Assembly (NCBI GenBank): GCA_030390025.1
Contig: CM059425.1
Location: 163,186,001 to 163,250,000, forward strand
Source: Squalus acanthias
Lineage: Eukaryota
DNA length: 64,000 nucleotides
Direction of reading: 5' to 3'
In this document: positions 12,086 to 24,012 of the stretch, one piece after another
Layout: every line of letters begins with the position of its first letter
Position numbering within the stretch: position 1 is the stretch's first letter
Program-made: the position numbers and the translations under genes
Notes under the pieces: generated by a model
Databases searched by the model: none
What the model was told of the DNA's origin: nothing
The model's input: only the letters and a program-made list of their open reading frames with translations

Positions 12086-13220
12086 TTCATTTTTGAGTTC
12101 CACTGTTTAACTTTCTGGCGAGCACATTCTGTAGACGTACTAGCGTTTTTTTCAAATATAGTGTTCAGAATCCAAAAAATAGATTTAAGAAAAAGTCAGT
12201 CTACTGATTTACTGTAGTTAATGTTGATAGGATATCATAAAATAGAGATGTGTGCTGGGAGAAATGATGCCTTTTACAGAAGTATAGAAAACTAGCAATG
12301 TATTTAAATAATAGACAATTTGTTAAGCTTTGTATGGTTTGTAGGCATCAAATAGTATGGAAGGAAAAGCACTCATGGGGAAATACACATATTTTGAAAC
12401 TATAATGCTTAAGTGCTCTTTCAACTCGTGGAACAATTATCCTATGTGGCAGTAAGAGATGAATATATAAAGTTGGCAATCAAACTGGTTTGAAAACTGA
12501 AGCATAAATGTTTTAATTGTTTGGAATATTTATCTTTTCCTGCTTACCAATATCCAACACCTAAACGTTTAATTTAGGTTAATGGACAAATGCCTCTACT
12601 GCAGTTGGATTGCTGTATGCATTTGGATTGCTTTTGCTTTGATGTTATCTTATCACCTAAGGTTCACTGTTGACGTCAACAAAGTAGGTGGTATAAAGGC
12701 TAGTGGGATCTTGCCTAGTAACACAACAAATTATACCACTTGATGTTGCTGTAAAGGTCAAGAGTTATAAAACTATCACTTCTGTTGGTTTACGTAAACT
12801 AGATTTAAAGATCACGATAAAACTGCAATTCCACATGTTTCGTGTTACATAATCCCAATTAATTATTGCAGAGGAATTAAACAGTTATGAAGATTGTTCC
12901 TTTTTAAAATAATAAGAGATCTTCTGTCACAAATTACAGTAAGGTAGTTGTGAATGTTGAGTTTTAAAACCGTCTAGTAAATAAACTGAGAGCAAATCCA
13001 TCATTTAAAACATGTGAGAGATAATGTATGAATATTTTGCATTGTGTTTTCAGCACATCTCATTTTGCTAATACAAGATAAATCCAAAGACTTTTTTGGA
13101 TTTTAGAAGTAGACAAATTATTAGGTAACCCATAGGCCATATTAAGGGATAAAGTGAAGAAATAGGATAAAGAAATGGCAAATGTGTGAAAAGAATTCTT
13201 CCTCAGTGTTGTCAAATAAA

Positions 13221-13504
13221 AAGGTTTTTTAAAAAAGGCTAACACAAGAACCTACACAGATTGACAGGATATGCAGCCAGCAGGTGGTTTGACACGTTGG
13301 ACCCCCTGGGACACATCTCATTGTCTTGGCTATGCTCTTTGATGTGGGAAAGATTTGAATATATTTTGTCTGTGTTTAAATTGTGAATTCTGGGAGATTC
13401 TCTCACTGCTAAACTTACCTGACGAAGGAGCGAACTGCTCCGAAAGCTTGTAAAATTAAATAAATCTGTTGGACTATAACCTGGTGTTGTGCGACTTCTC
13501 ATTT
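13221..13504 (+). mobile_element. PLE family A pLTR insertion
   Basis: Homologous to 410-651; flanked by 12-bp TSD TTGTCAAATAAA (13209-20, 13505-16). Confidence 0.8.
13415..13453 (+). ncRNA. Minimal type-I hammerhead ribozyme (PLE family A)
   Basis: UUAC-CUGACGA-A-GGAGC(GAACU)GCUCC-GAAA-GCUU-GUAA. Confidence 0.8.
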
Positions 13505-14599
13505 TTGTCAAATAAAGATTGTGGGCAAATTCCAATTGCAGTAACCTGCATAGAGGTTAGTAAGTAACATCTTTGTTAAGAAATGAAAGGAAATAGGAGG
13601 GAATTGCTCAGGAAGAAAATTATATTTTCAGGAGAAATGTGGGTCTTAGCTAAATTTCTTACCCTGGGTTAAACTGGCTGGGAAAAAAATGATTAATTCA
13701 ACCATTTATTGTTTACTGTTTACTTGAGACTCCTGAAAAACCTTGGTTCGAATGCTGCAACAACAGGCAACAATAGTTTGATTTCCATAAAATAAATATT
13801 TAGTCCAGTACAGGTACTTGTTCGCAAATGTACACTCTGTAAAATCCTACTGTTGTCCTAAATTGGTTCTAGGGCTTTATACTTCCTTGTGCTTGGGGTC
13901 TCATTCTACACCTGGCTTTTTTGTGGTATTGCTTCCCCATCTCTAGTGCCTGACCTTGAGCTCTGCTATAGTCTAAGGCCTTCTCTCCACCTTCTATAAC
14001 ACAATCTGCCATCTAGTCAATCCAAGGCTTAGCAGTTATTCCTCTGACTTCAGAACCTCGATCAGTCAGCTTTGCTGTAGTGACCCTATTCCTTCAGATG
14101 GAGGTAGACCTCCTTTTTAGGCAGAAAAAAAGCCGTAATACAAAGAGAGCATGTGCTTTGTCTGCATTTATACCCAGAGAGACCACTGCCTCAGCAAATT
14201 GTGATTCTGGTGTCTTACGACCTGGTGAGGCCATTGACTTGTTGGACCTGACTGCTTACAGGCTGAAGTACGTACTTCAAGAAAATGAGAGTAGATAAAA
14301 CATTTTTGTCTAACTGTTACCTTGATATTAACTCCTTTAATTCTATCATGGTACATAAGAAGTTAAAAACTAGCTGCAACCTGAAATCATGCTCCATTTT
14401 AACTCAATACAATGTTATGATTTCCCACTCCCACCCCAAGATCCCGGGACACTCTTGCAGTGTGAACAATCCGCTAGACCACACTCCAAGTGCTTCCTGT
14501 TCCCAGGACCACCCCTGTTGTTCCCAGAGCCCAACACCTCCCTCCCCAATGCTTCTGGGTCTCAGCACATCTTTCTCAGGATCTGCTCTAAAGTTCTTA

Positions 14600-15300
14600 G
14601 GGGTAAAAATTGGGTAGCGCCCCATTAATTTTAGTGCCCCGAAAAAGTTAGTGCCCCAGCAGCCGATTTTCCCAGGTAGCGCCCCGAGACGGAGGAAGGG
14701 CACTACTGGAAGCGCCCCGCGTCCCTCTTGGGGCGCTGCGAGCCAATATCTCAGTGCAATGTGCTGCGGCACGTCACGCCGCGGTACTGCAGGCCTTCCA
14801 CCCCTTATTAAAGGGGAGGGGCCTGGCGCAGCGCCTCCCGGTGCCCAGCTGGGCCACCAGGGATCGGGAGTGCCGGCAAACGAGCTCGGCACTCATGAGG
14901 AGTGCCGGGCTCACGGAGAGCAGCCGGCACCCCGCGGGGGGGCTTCGCGGGGGTTGGGGACAGCAACGGGAGCCGGTGCTGGCAGATGGCCAGCAACAAA
15001 AATGTTCGCCCGCCACCTCCCCACTCCCGGCCACAGGTAGGCCCCCCTGACCCCGGCAGACATAGCGTCCGGCAGTAAATCGGGGACGCCACCCAATATT
15101 GCAGCCAGGGCGTGAGTGGGGCACTGTGCATGGCGATGATGTCATCGCTGGCGGCGCTGACAGTTAGCGCCGCCGCTAACCTCCCTCTGAATTTCGTGGG
15201 AGGCGTTAATGGCGCTGCGCCCAGGCGCTAGTTGATTTACACTCAGTTAACGCCTCTTAGGGCGCTAACGGGAGCTGCAAATCAACCGAATTTAGCCCCC
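14600..15300. mobile_element. PIF/Harbinger MITE, GC-rich family
   Basis: TIRs GGGGTAAAAATTGGGT / ACCGAATTTAGCCCCC; TTA TSD; homologous to 1769-2484. Confidence 0.85.
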
Positions 15301-16319
15301 TTAGAACCTCCTTCTTCAGGGACCCCTCTCCCAAAAATCCCCAGAGCCCCCTCAGAATATTGCTAAACTTTGATACCCCACCTTAGGAGTGTCAGACGGG
15401 TCCCTCACAGTTTTTATCTCGGGTCTACCCCCAATGCTGACAAGTCATTGTGCCTAGTAATACTATATGGCCTTGTTCTTATAAAACCTCGGACTGACTG
15501 AGTAATGCCATGGCAGATCTCCTAGTTAGAAATATTTAATTAACTGTTCTAAATATTAATGTATTCTACCACTGGACCTCAGACTTTAACTTTTTCATAT
15601 CGTCTCCTCCTTGTCCTCTGTTTATGACTAGACATAATCACTCCTAATCTCTGACATGCCTGTATAATTTGAATGCACATTTTGGTTGCAACTCCAAACC
15701 CAAATTCATTATTTCAATCCTTTTTTTCATCTTGTCCCCTCCTCTCCTATCTCCTCCCCTTCCTGTCACTCAGTCATGCCTCCTTTCATTTCTCTGCTCT
15801 TGGGTACGTTGCCCGCCACCCCTCAATCCCTACTCCAACCCATCACTCCTTCTCTGCTTTCCTACTCACCTGCCACCATCCTAGGCTTGAAAACCCCCTT
15901 AGATAATCCCACAGCTATTCCTCTGTGTCTCTATCTGCATTTTCCTGAAGGGCCCATTGAGGCACCCATCACTGCCTCCTTATGAGCAGCAACTTCAACT
16001 GCCAACCTTCCCACCCACCTTGCCCGCTAAAGGCTAATCTCGCCAATCTCCTTCCCGTCTCACTTACCCCATCCCCTCGGACTCTGCCAGAAGATCAAAA
16101 ACGATGGCCCCTCTGCACTTCCCTCCAGAATGTGTGAACACTTGCCCATGCCATCCACGACCTTATGGACAATTGCATTGATATCATGACTTTGAATGAC
16201 ATGAGATTGAAATCACTGAGCATCAGGAGTTTCTCTGTGCAGAGGCTGAAGGAGGAAAGGAGCTTTGCTTCCAACCCCATATCCTCTCCAGTACAAAGAT
16301 TGCCATCTTCCATCACTGT

Positions 16320-17000
16320 CCTCTGATTTCACCCCATCATTCACAGCTCTGCCTTCAGCCGTCCAGGCCCTATGCTCTGAAATGCCCTTCCTTTCCTCCT
16401 TTAAGACCCTCTTTAAAACCCACCTCTTCCCCTTCTAATATCTCCTTTTTTGGCTTGGTATCCATATTTATCTGATTTATGCCTCTATGAAGTGCCTTGG
16501 GATGTTTTACTATGTATAAATACAAGTTGTTATTGTGATCACATACTATGATTACAGCATTTCCATAGATGAGGAATTTAGACCCAACATGACCAGATTT
16601 AAAACTCCAGCATTGCTGCCTGAGTTCTTGCCATTGTAGGATGTATATATGCTTGGGATACATAGATATCTCAGTTGTACAACAACAATAGCAACAATAA
16701 CTTGCATTTATATAGCTCCTTTAACGTAGCAAAACGTCCCAAGGTGCTTAACAAGAGTGATATCAATAAAAACATTTTTGACACCGAGCCACAGGAGATA
16801 TTAGGACAGATGACCAAAAGCTTGGTCAAAGAGGTGGGTTTTAAGGAGCATCTTACAGGAGGAGGTGACGAGGAGGAGAATTCCAGAGCTTGGGGCCAAG
16901 GCAGCTGAAAGCACAGCCGCCAATGGTGGAGCAATTAAAATCAGGGATGCGCAAGAGGCCAGAATTGGAGGAGCTCAGAGATCTCGGAGGCTTGTAGTTT
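16320..17000. mobile_element. Two L2 3' ends, tail to tail (16320-16535 +, 16680-17000 -)
   Basis: L2 tail motifs tataaatacaagttgttattg and (aac)n-ttgcatttatatagc. Confidence 0.7.
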
Positions 17001-17668
17001 TACCTGCTGAGGTGGAGCATATTGCTTAAAATGTCTGGGATGAAGAAGGAAAAGGGGGTAAGCTATATTTCTAAGTAGAAGGCTATATAGACCAAGCATT
17101 AATTGTCATGGTCTTTTTGAAGAGCAGTGTCTTGTGGTTAAAATTGCCATTTGTGAGATGCTGCACCTCTGGACCCTGTTTCTATTGGCCTACTGTTTAC
17201 ATGCAAATTAGTATACAGGAGACAATTGAAGCTTTGATAGTGGATTCTTCAGATTTTCAAAGATAAAAGATGAATAGATAGTACAGTAGCAAAAGTTTGA
17301 CATGCTTGTAAGATTTACTGAAATTACATTGTGTATTCAGATATAAGTATACAGATGTGGGCATTTTATTTAAACGTTGTGGCCTACATTAACTAGAAGG
17401 GATTGCACTCCTTCAGTATGGAAGTTGTCAGTGAGGCACAGAACATTACATTATTACTACAAAATATATGTGATCAACAGCTGATTCGTTCATGCTTCAA
17501 AATTCATGTTTACTGGTAATATTTGAGGAATACAACTGTTTAACTAGTAATGGGTGTTGGGGAAATCAAGGGTTTCCACTAGTAACACCACTCCAGAACT
17601 GATACAAGAAGGGCAAGGGGTGGTATAATCGGGTTGGTATAATCAAGGTGAAAGAATTGATCAGGAAG

Positions 17669-17800
17669 TGGGGTGGCATAGTGGGTTAGATATTGGCCTT
17701 TTAACCCCTGAGATTTAGATTCAAATCCAACCCAATCTGTTGGAATAACATTTTCTCTCTCTGCTAACTAAGTGTTCTTTGTGAAATGAACGTGGACACT
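17669..17800 (+). mobile_element. Old tRNA-derived SINE head
   Basis: Box A-like TGGCATAGTGG and box B-like GATTCAAATCC with tRNA-like spacing. Confidence 0.45.
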
Positions 17801-18423
17801 CTCGATCTATTTTCATAGGCCAAAAGTAAAAACTGCTGCTAATTTTGGCATTAATTGGCAAATTGCTGTTAGCCAATTATTGCCAAATTAGCAGCAGTTT
17901 TGTACTTTTGGCCTATGAGTATTAAGTTGTTTGGTGTGGGAAATGGAAAGTAAAACCACAATGAGATTGGGGCAAAATGGAAGGAGCTTTGCTCTGCAAC
18001 TAACTGACCCTGGATGCCAGAAATAGAAAGCAATTGGAGAGCGCAAATCCTCAGCCCTCATGAGAACAATTTTTATTTTTAACTATCATTTTATAAATAG
18101 AAACGTAGAGAAGAAAAGAAATTATGCTAAACCTTTATAAATCACTGGTTAGGCCTCAGCTGGAGTATTGTGTCCATTTCTGGGCACCACACTTTGAAAA
18201 GGTGTTCAAAATTTTGAAGAGTTTTGATAAGAGTAGATAGGGAGAAACTGTTTCCACTGACAGGAGGGTCGATAATCAGAGGACACAGATTTAAGATCAT
18301 TTTGAACATCTGATCTGACTTTATAAATCATGTATGTATGCTATTTCTTGTGCATTGCCAATTTTTACTAATTTCATTGCTGCATATAAAGATTTTATAT
18401 TGAAAGCCATATTTTTTTTTAAG

Positions 18424-18583
18424 CCTTGTGGAGTGGTCGCTTTGTTCATTTAACGGAATCCTGGAATAATTACAAGTGCCTGAACCATGATTACCCCACC
18501 TGGATGAAAATCCTGCAGAATTATGGCTACTACACAAAAGTGTATGGAAAGACTGATTATACTTCTGGACACCACTCAGTAAG
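18424..18583 (+). CDS. ARSK: ARSK coding exon (equivalent to exon 3)
   Basis: polyT-aag|CCTTGTGG...GTAAG|gtagg, 160 nt, phase matches previous exon. (A)LWSGRFVHLTESWNNYKCLNHDYPTWMKILQNYGYYTKVYGKTDYTSGHHSVS. Confidence 0.95.
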
Positions 18584-19039
18584 GTAGGAAAGATTTTTTT
18601 TTTGAAATTTATTTCTTATTCAGGGAAGGAATATTAGCTACCTTTCCTTTAGGATCAAGTGGTCTTTTTCCTTTTTTTAAACAAAGTGAAATTTTTAAGT
18701 TGCAACCAGCTGTACCTTTCCTGATGGCAGTGGCTATTAATAAATCATACCTGAATTGATAATTCCATTGGGATGTAAAAGCTACAAAGATAGTGCATCT
18801 CTGTTGAAACATAAAAGATACAGATTTCTACAAAGTATACAAGGTATAAGATGCATTTGGATCATGTATTTTCTGCAAGTCAGCCTTATCAAATCTATGA
18901 AAGTGCAGCATCAGAATGGAAAGGGGCAATCTCTCGAGTCTAATTTGTGAGAAGGAAAAATAAGATGAGGAATCTCCAATGGGGTGCTCTTATATGCTTG
19001 TGGGCTACAAGATAACAGTGTGGTAGTCTGTTAGCAGAC

Positions 19040-19310
19040 TGCTTGCCCTGTCCTCTTCAATGCAGAAGATTTGTCAGACTGCTTGTCTGACATCCAGTAC
19101 TGGATGAGCAGACATTTCCTCCAACTGAATATTGGGAAGATCGAAGCCATTGTCATCGGTTCCCGCCACAAAAGCATCTGTCTGAGGTTGAACCAGACTG
19201 GTCGCAACCTTGGTGTCATATTTCACCTTGAATGAGCTTCCGACCACATATCCGCACCACAACTAAGGCAGCCTATTTCCGCCTCCGTAACATCACCCGA
19301 CTCCGCCCCT
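19040..19310 (+). mobile_element. L2 LINE fragment
   Basis: LSDCLSDIQYWMSRHFLQLNIGKIEAIV, typical of L2 reverse transcriptase. Confidence 0.75.
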
Positions 19311-19469
19311 GGTAGTGATGGTGGGACGTCAAGGTGGTAGTGATGGTGGAACGTGCAGGTGGCGGAGATAGTGATGGTGGGACATCGAGGTGGCGGTGAT
19401 AGTGATGGTGGGACGTGGAGGTGGCGGTGATAATGATGGTGGGACGTGGTGGTGGTGGGACGTGGAGGT
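19311..19469. repeat. Minisatellite, units of about 25-31 bp with core AGTGATGGTGGGACGT
   Basis: Five to six degenerate tandem units visible. Confidence 0.8.
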
Positions 19470-20414
19470 CCTGCCGATATTAACGCAGGACCTCATTATC
19501 ATTTTCTTCTGTTTTCTGCCCAGCAACTGGCCAGACAGGCTGGCCAGATGCCAGCTGGGAAGCCAGCAGCAGGCGGCTGTAGCCAGGGGTCCCCAGTAAT
19601 CGTGAGGGAGAGAGAGATTGGGGCTTGGTGTGGGGGGTGGAATCGGAGGCCAGCAATCGGGAGCAAGAGTGAGAGGTCAGGGTTTGGTGGGGGTCAGAGC
19701 CCAGTAGAAGGCTTGAGATCCGTGATTTGTGTGTGTGTGGGGGATCACCGATTGCGGCAGCGTGGAGAGGTCGCTATCGGCAGAAGGGAGGCTAATGGCT
19801 TCCTTGAGGGGCCGGGGGCATCACTCTTGTTGCTCCTGTGTCACAAGGTGTGCTCTAAAAATCACTAACCTGCTGGAGCCGTCAGCTCTCGCTTCCATTT
19901 CGCTGCTGACCTTTCCAAGCCCTCAGAAACCCAGCCGGCAGCTGTTAAATTTAATTCAGACTCCCAATTGCACTGTGGGAGCCTGATTTAAATATGATGA
20001 TGAAGAATTCCAAAGATTCACAACCCTTTGAGTGAAGAAATGTCTCCTCATCTTGGTCTTAAATGGCCGACCTCTTATCCTAAGACTATGCCCCCTAGTT
20101 CCAGATTCTCCAGCCAGGGGAAACAGCCTCTCAGCATCTACCCTGTCAAGCCCCCTCAGAATCTTGTATACTTCAATGAGATCACTTCTCATTCTTCTAA
20201 ACTCCAGAGAGTATAGGCCCATCCTACTCAATCTCTCCTCATAGGACAACCCTCTCATCCCAGGAATCAATCTAGTGAACCTTTGTTGCACCCCCTCTGA
20301 GGCAAGTATATCCTTCCTTAGGTATGGAGACCAAAACTGTACACATTACACCAGGTGTGGCCTCACCAAAGCCCTGTACAATTGCAGCAAGACTTCCTTA
20401 CTCTTATACTCTTA

Positions 20415-20933
20415 GGGGGCTAAATTCGGTTGATTTGCGCCTCCCGCTAGAGGACGCTAACGGGGTGCAAATCAACTAGCACCTGGCCGCGGCGCTGCTA
20501 ACGCCTCCCGCGAAATTCAGCGGGAGGTTAGCGGCGGCGCTAACAGATAGTGCCGTGTCCTCTGCCGTCCCCGGCCCCCGTGAAGCCCCCCCCCCCGCAG
20601 GGTGCCGGCTGCTCTCCGTGAGCCCGGCACTCCTCTTGAGTGCCGGGCTCGTTTGCCGGCACTCCTGATCCCTGGTGGCCCAGCTGGGCGCTGGGACGCG
20701 CTGCGCCAGGGCCCTCCCCTTTAATAAGGGGAGGAAGGCCTGCAGTACCGCGGCGTGACGTGCCGCAGCGATATTGGCTTGCAGTGCCCCAAGAGGGACG
20801 CGGGGTGCTTCCAGTAGCGCCCCTCCTCCTCTCGGGGCGCTACCTGGGAAAATCGGCTGCGGGGGCGCTAACTTTTTAATTAGCACCCCGGCAAAGGTAG
20901 CACCCAAAGGGGGCGCTACTCAATTTTTACCCC
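20415..20933. mobile_element. PIF/Harbinger MITE, GC-rich family, opposite orientation
   Basis: TIRs GGGGGCTAAATTCGGT / CAATTTTTACCCC; TTA TSD; reverse complement of 14600-15300. Confidence 0.85.
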
Positions 20934-21058
20934 TTATACTCCAACCCCCTTACAATAAAGGCAAACATGCCATTTGCCTTCCTTATTGCTTGCTGTACCT
21001 GCATGTTAACTTTGTGTTTTGTGTACCAGGACACCCAAATCCCTCTGAAAACCAACAT

Positions 21059-23925
21059 AGAAACATAGAAGATAGGAGCAGGAGTAGGCCATTCGGCCCC
21101 TCGAGCCTGCTCCGCCATTCGATGAGATCATGGCTGATCATCCAAACTCAGTACCCTGTACCTGCCTTCTCCCCATATCCCTTGATACCTTTAGCTTTAA
21201 GAAATATATCTAACTCATTCTTGAATATATTTAATGACTTGGCCTCAACTACCTTCTGTGGTAGAGAATTCCACAGGTTCACCACTCTCTGGGTGAAGAA
21301 ATTCTTCCTCATTTCTGTCCTAAATGGCTTACCCGTTATCCTTAGATTATGACCCCTGGTTCTGGACTCTCCGACCATCAGGAACATTCTTCCTGCATCG
21401 AGTTTGTCCAGACCTGTCAGAATTTTATATGTTTCGATGAGATAGAAACATAGAATCTAGGAGCAGGAGTAGGCCATTCGGCCCGTCGAGCCTGCTCCAC
21501 CATTCAATACGATCATGGCTGATCATCCAAATCCAGTACCCTGTCCCTGCTTTAATCCCCACAGTACACATATCCCACCCTACCCCCGTAACCCCACGTA
21601 TTTAATTCCCCCTAACATATCCCATCCTATCCCCATAACCCCACATATTTAATCCCCCCTAACACTAAGGGTCAATTTATCATAGCCAAATCAACCTAAC
21701 CCACACATTTTTGGACTGTGGGAGGAAACCGGAGCACCCGGAGGAAACCCACGCAGACACGGGGAGAATGTGCAAACTCCACACAGACAGTCACCCGAGG
21801 TCAGATTCGAACCCGGGTCTCTGGCGCTGTGAGGCACCAGTGCTAACCACTATGCCACCGTGTTGCCCAGATCCCCTCTCATTCTTCCATACTCCAGCGA
21901 GTATAAGCCCAATCGACCCAATCTCTCCTCATATGTCATTCCTGCCATCCCAGGTATCAGCCTTGTGAATCTTCGCTGAACTCCTTCCATGGCAAGAACA
22001 TCCTTCCTCAGATAAGGCGACCAAAACTGCACACAGTACTCAAGGTGTGGTCTCACCAAGGCCCTGTACAACTGCAGCAGGGCATCCCTGTTCCTATACT
22101 CAAACCCTTTCGCTATGAAGGCCAACATACCATTTGCCTTCTTCACCGCCTGCTGCACCTGCATGCTTACTTTCAGCGACTGGTGCACAAGGACACCTAG
22201 GTCTTGTTACACTTCCCCTTCTCCCAATCTATTGCCATTCAGATAACAGTCTGCCTTTCTGTTTTTGACACCAAAGTGGATAACCTCGCACTTATCCACG
22301 TTATATTGCATCTGCCACGCTTCTGCCCACTCACCCAACCTGTCCAAATCATCCTGGAGTTTCTCAGTATCCTCCTCGCAGCACACACTCCCACCCAGCT
22401 TTGTGTCATCTGCAAACTTGGAGATATTACATTTAGTTCCCTTATCTAGATCATTAATGTATATTGTGAATAGCTGGGGTCCAAGGACCGATCCCTGCGG
22501 TACCCCACTAGTCACTGCTTGCCACTCGGAAAAAGACCCATTAATTCCTACTCTCTGCTTTCTGTCCGCCAACCAGTTCTCTATCCAAGTCAATACCTTG
22601 CCCCCAATCCCATGTGCCTTAACTTTACACGCTAATCTCTTATGCGGGACCTTATCGAAAGCCTTTTGAAAGTCCAAATACACCACATCTACTGGTGCTC
22701 CCTTATCTATTTTCCCAGTTACATCCTCAAAAAATTCCAGTAGATTAGTCAAGCACGATTTACCTTTTGTAAATCCATGTTGACTTTGTCCGATCCTGTC
22801 ACTGTTTTTCAAGTGCTCAGCTATTACATCCTTTATAATGGACTCTACCATTTTCCCCAATACCGATGTCAGGTTTACTGGTCTGTAATTCCCCGCTTTC
22901 TCTCTATCACCCTTTTTGAATAGTGGGGTAACATTGGCTACCCTCCAATCCATGGGTACAGTTCCAGATTCCATCGAATGTTGGAAGATGATCAGCAATG
23001 CATCTACTATTTCTAGGGCCACTTCCTTAAGTACCCTAGGATGTAGATTATCAGGCCCTGGGGATTTATCGACCTTCAATCCCGTCAATTTCCCTAACAC
23101 CATTTCCCTGCAAATACTGGTTTCTTTCAGTTCCTCCCTTTCATCAGACCATATGTTCTCCAACATCTCTGGGAGGTTATTTGTGTCCTCCTTTGTGAAG
23201 ACAGAACCAAAATATGCATTTAATTGGTCTGCCATTTCTTTGTTCCCCATTATAACTTCCCCCGCTTCTGACTGCAAGGGACCTACACTTGATTTCACTA
23301 ATCTTTTTCTCTTCACATATCTATAAAAGCTCTTACAGTCAGTTTTTATGTTCCCAGCAAGCTTACTTTCATATTCTATTTTCCCCTTCTTAATTAATCC
23401 CTTTGTCCTCCTTTGTTGAATCTTAAACTGCTCCCAATCCTCAGGGCTACTGCTTTTTCTGGCCAATTTATATGCCCTCTCCTTGGATCTTATGCTATCC
23501 CTAATTTCCCTTGTTAGCCACGGTTGAGTCACCCTTTTTGTTTTATTCTTACGCCACACTAGGATGAACAAATTCTGTAGTTCATCCATGCAGTCTTTGA
23601 ATGATTGCCATTGCCTATCCACCGTCAACCCCTTGAGTGACATTCCCCAATCAATCCTACCCAATTCGCGCCTCATACCATCGTAGTTTCCTTTATTTAA
23701 ATTCAGGACCCTAGTCTCTGATTCAACGACTTCACTCTCCATCCTAATGAAGAATTCTATCATATTATGATCACTCTGACCCAAGGGGCCTCGTACAACA
23801 AGATTGCTAATTAATCCTTTCTCGTTACATAATACCCAGTCTAAGATGGCCTGATCTCTGGTTGGTTCCTCGACATATTGTTCCAGAAAACCATCTCGTA
23901 AACATTCGAGGAATTCCTCCTCCAT
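21059..23925 (-). mobile_element. Young 5'-truncated CR1 (HER1-like) LINE
   Basis: 572-aa ORF 22207..23925 with [26 protein letters not shown] and FADD; continues in frame past a single TAA; octamer-repeat 3' tail at 21059. Confidence 0.95.
21444..21868 (-). mobile_element. HE1-type V-SINE with CR1-derived tail
   Basis: tRNA-like head (reverse complement: GGGCAACACGGTGGCATAGTGG...GGGTTCGAATC), V-domain (GGAAACCGGAGCACCCGGAGGAAACCCACGCAGACAC), internal repeats of about 45 bp, CR1 3' tail. Confidence 0.85.
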
Positions 23926-24012
23926 TTAATAGTTTCTCACCATTTAAAACATATTCTGTTTTTCTATTTTTCCTACCAGAGTAGCCTCACATTTCCCCAC
24001 ATTATACTCTTT

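Noticed and set aside
19311..19469. CRISPR-like array
   Set aside because: Degenerate tandem units with no unique spacers, in a eukaryotic intron.
20404..20414. 8-bp TSD (TTATACTC) for the 20415 MITE
   Set aside because: The family shows TTA elsewhere; the extra 8 bp is better explained as a local tandem duplication.
21790..21868. tRNA gene
   Set aside because: tRNA-derived SINE head joined to a V-domain; no full cloverleaf.
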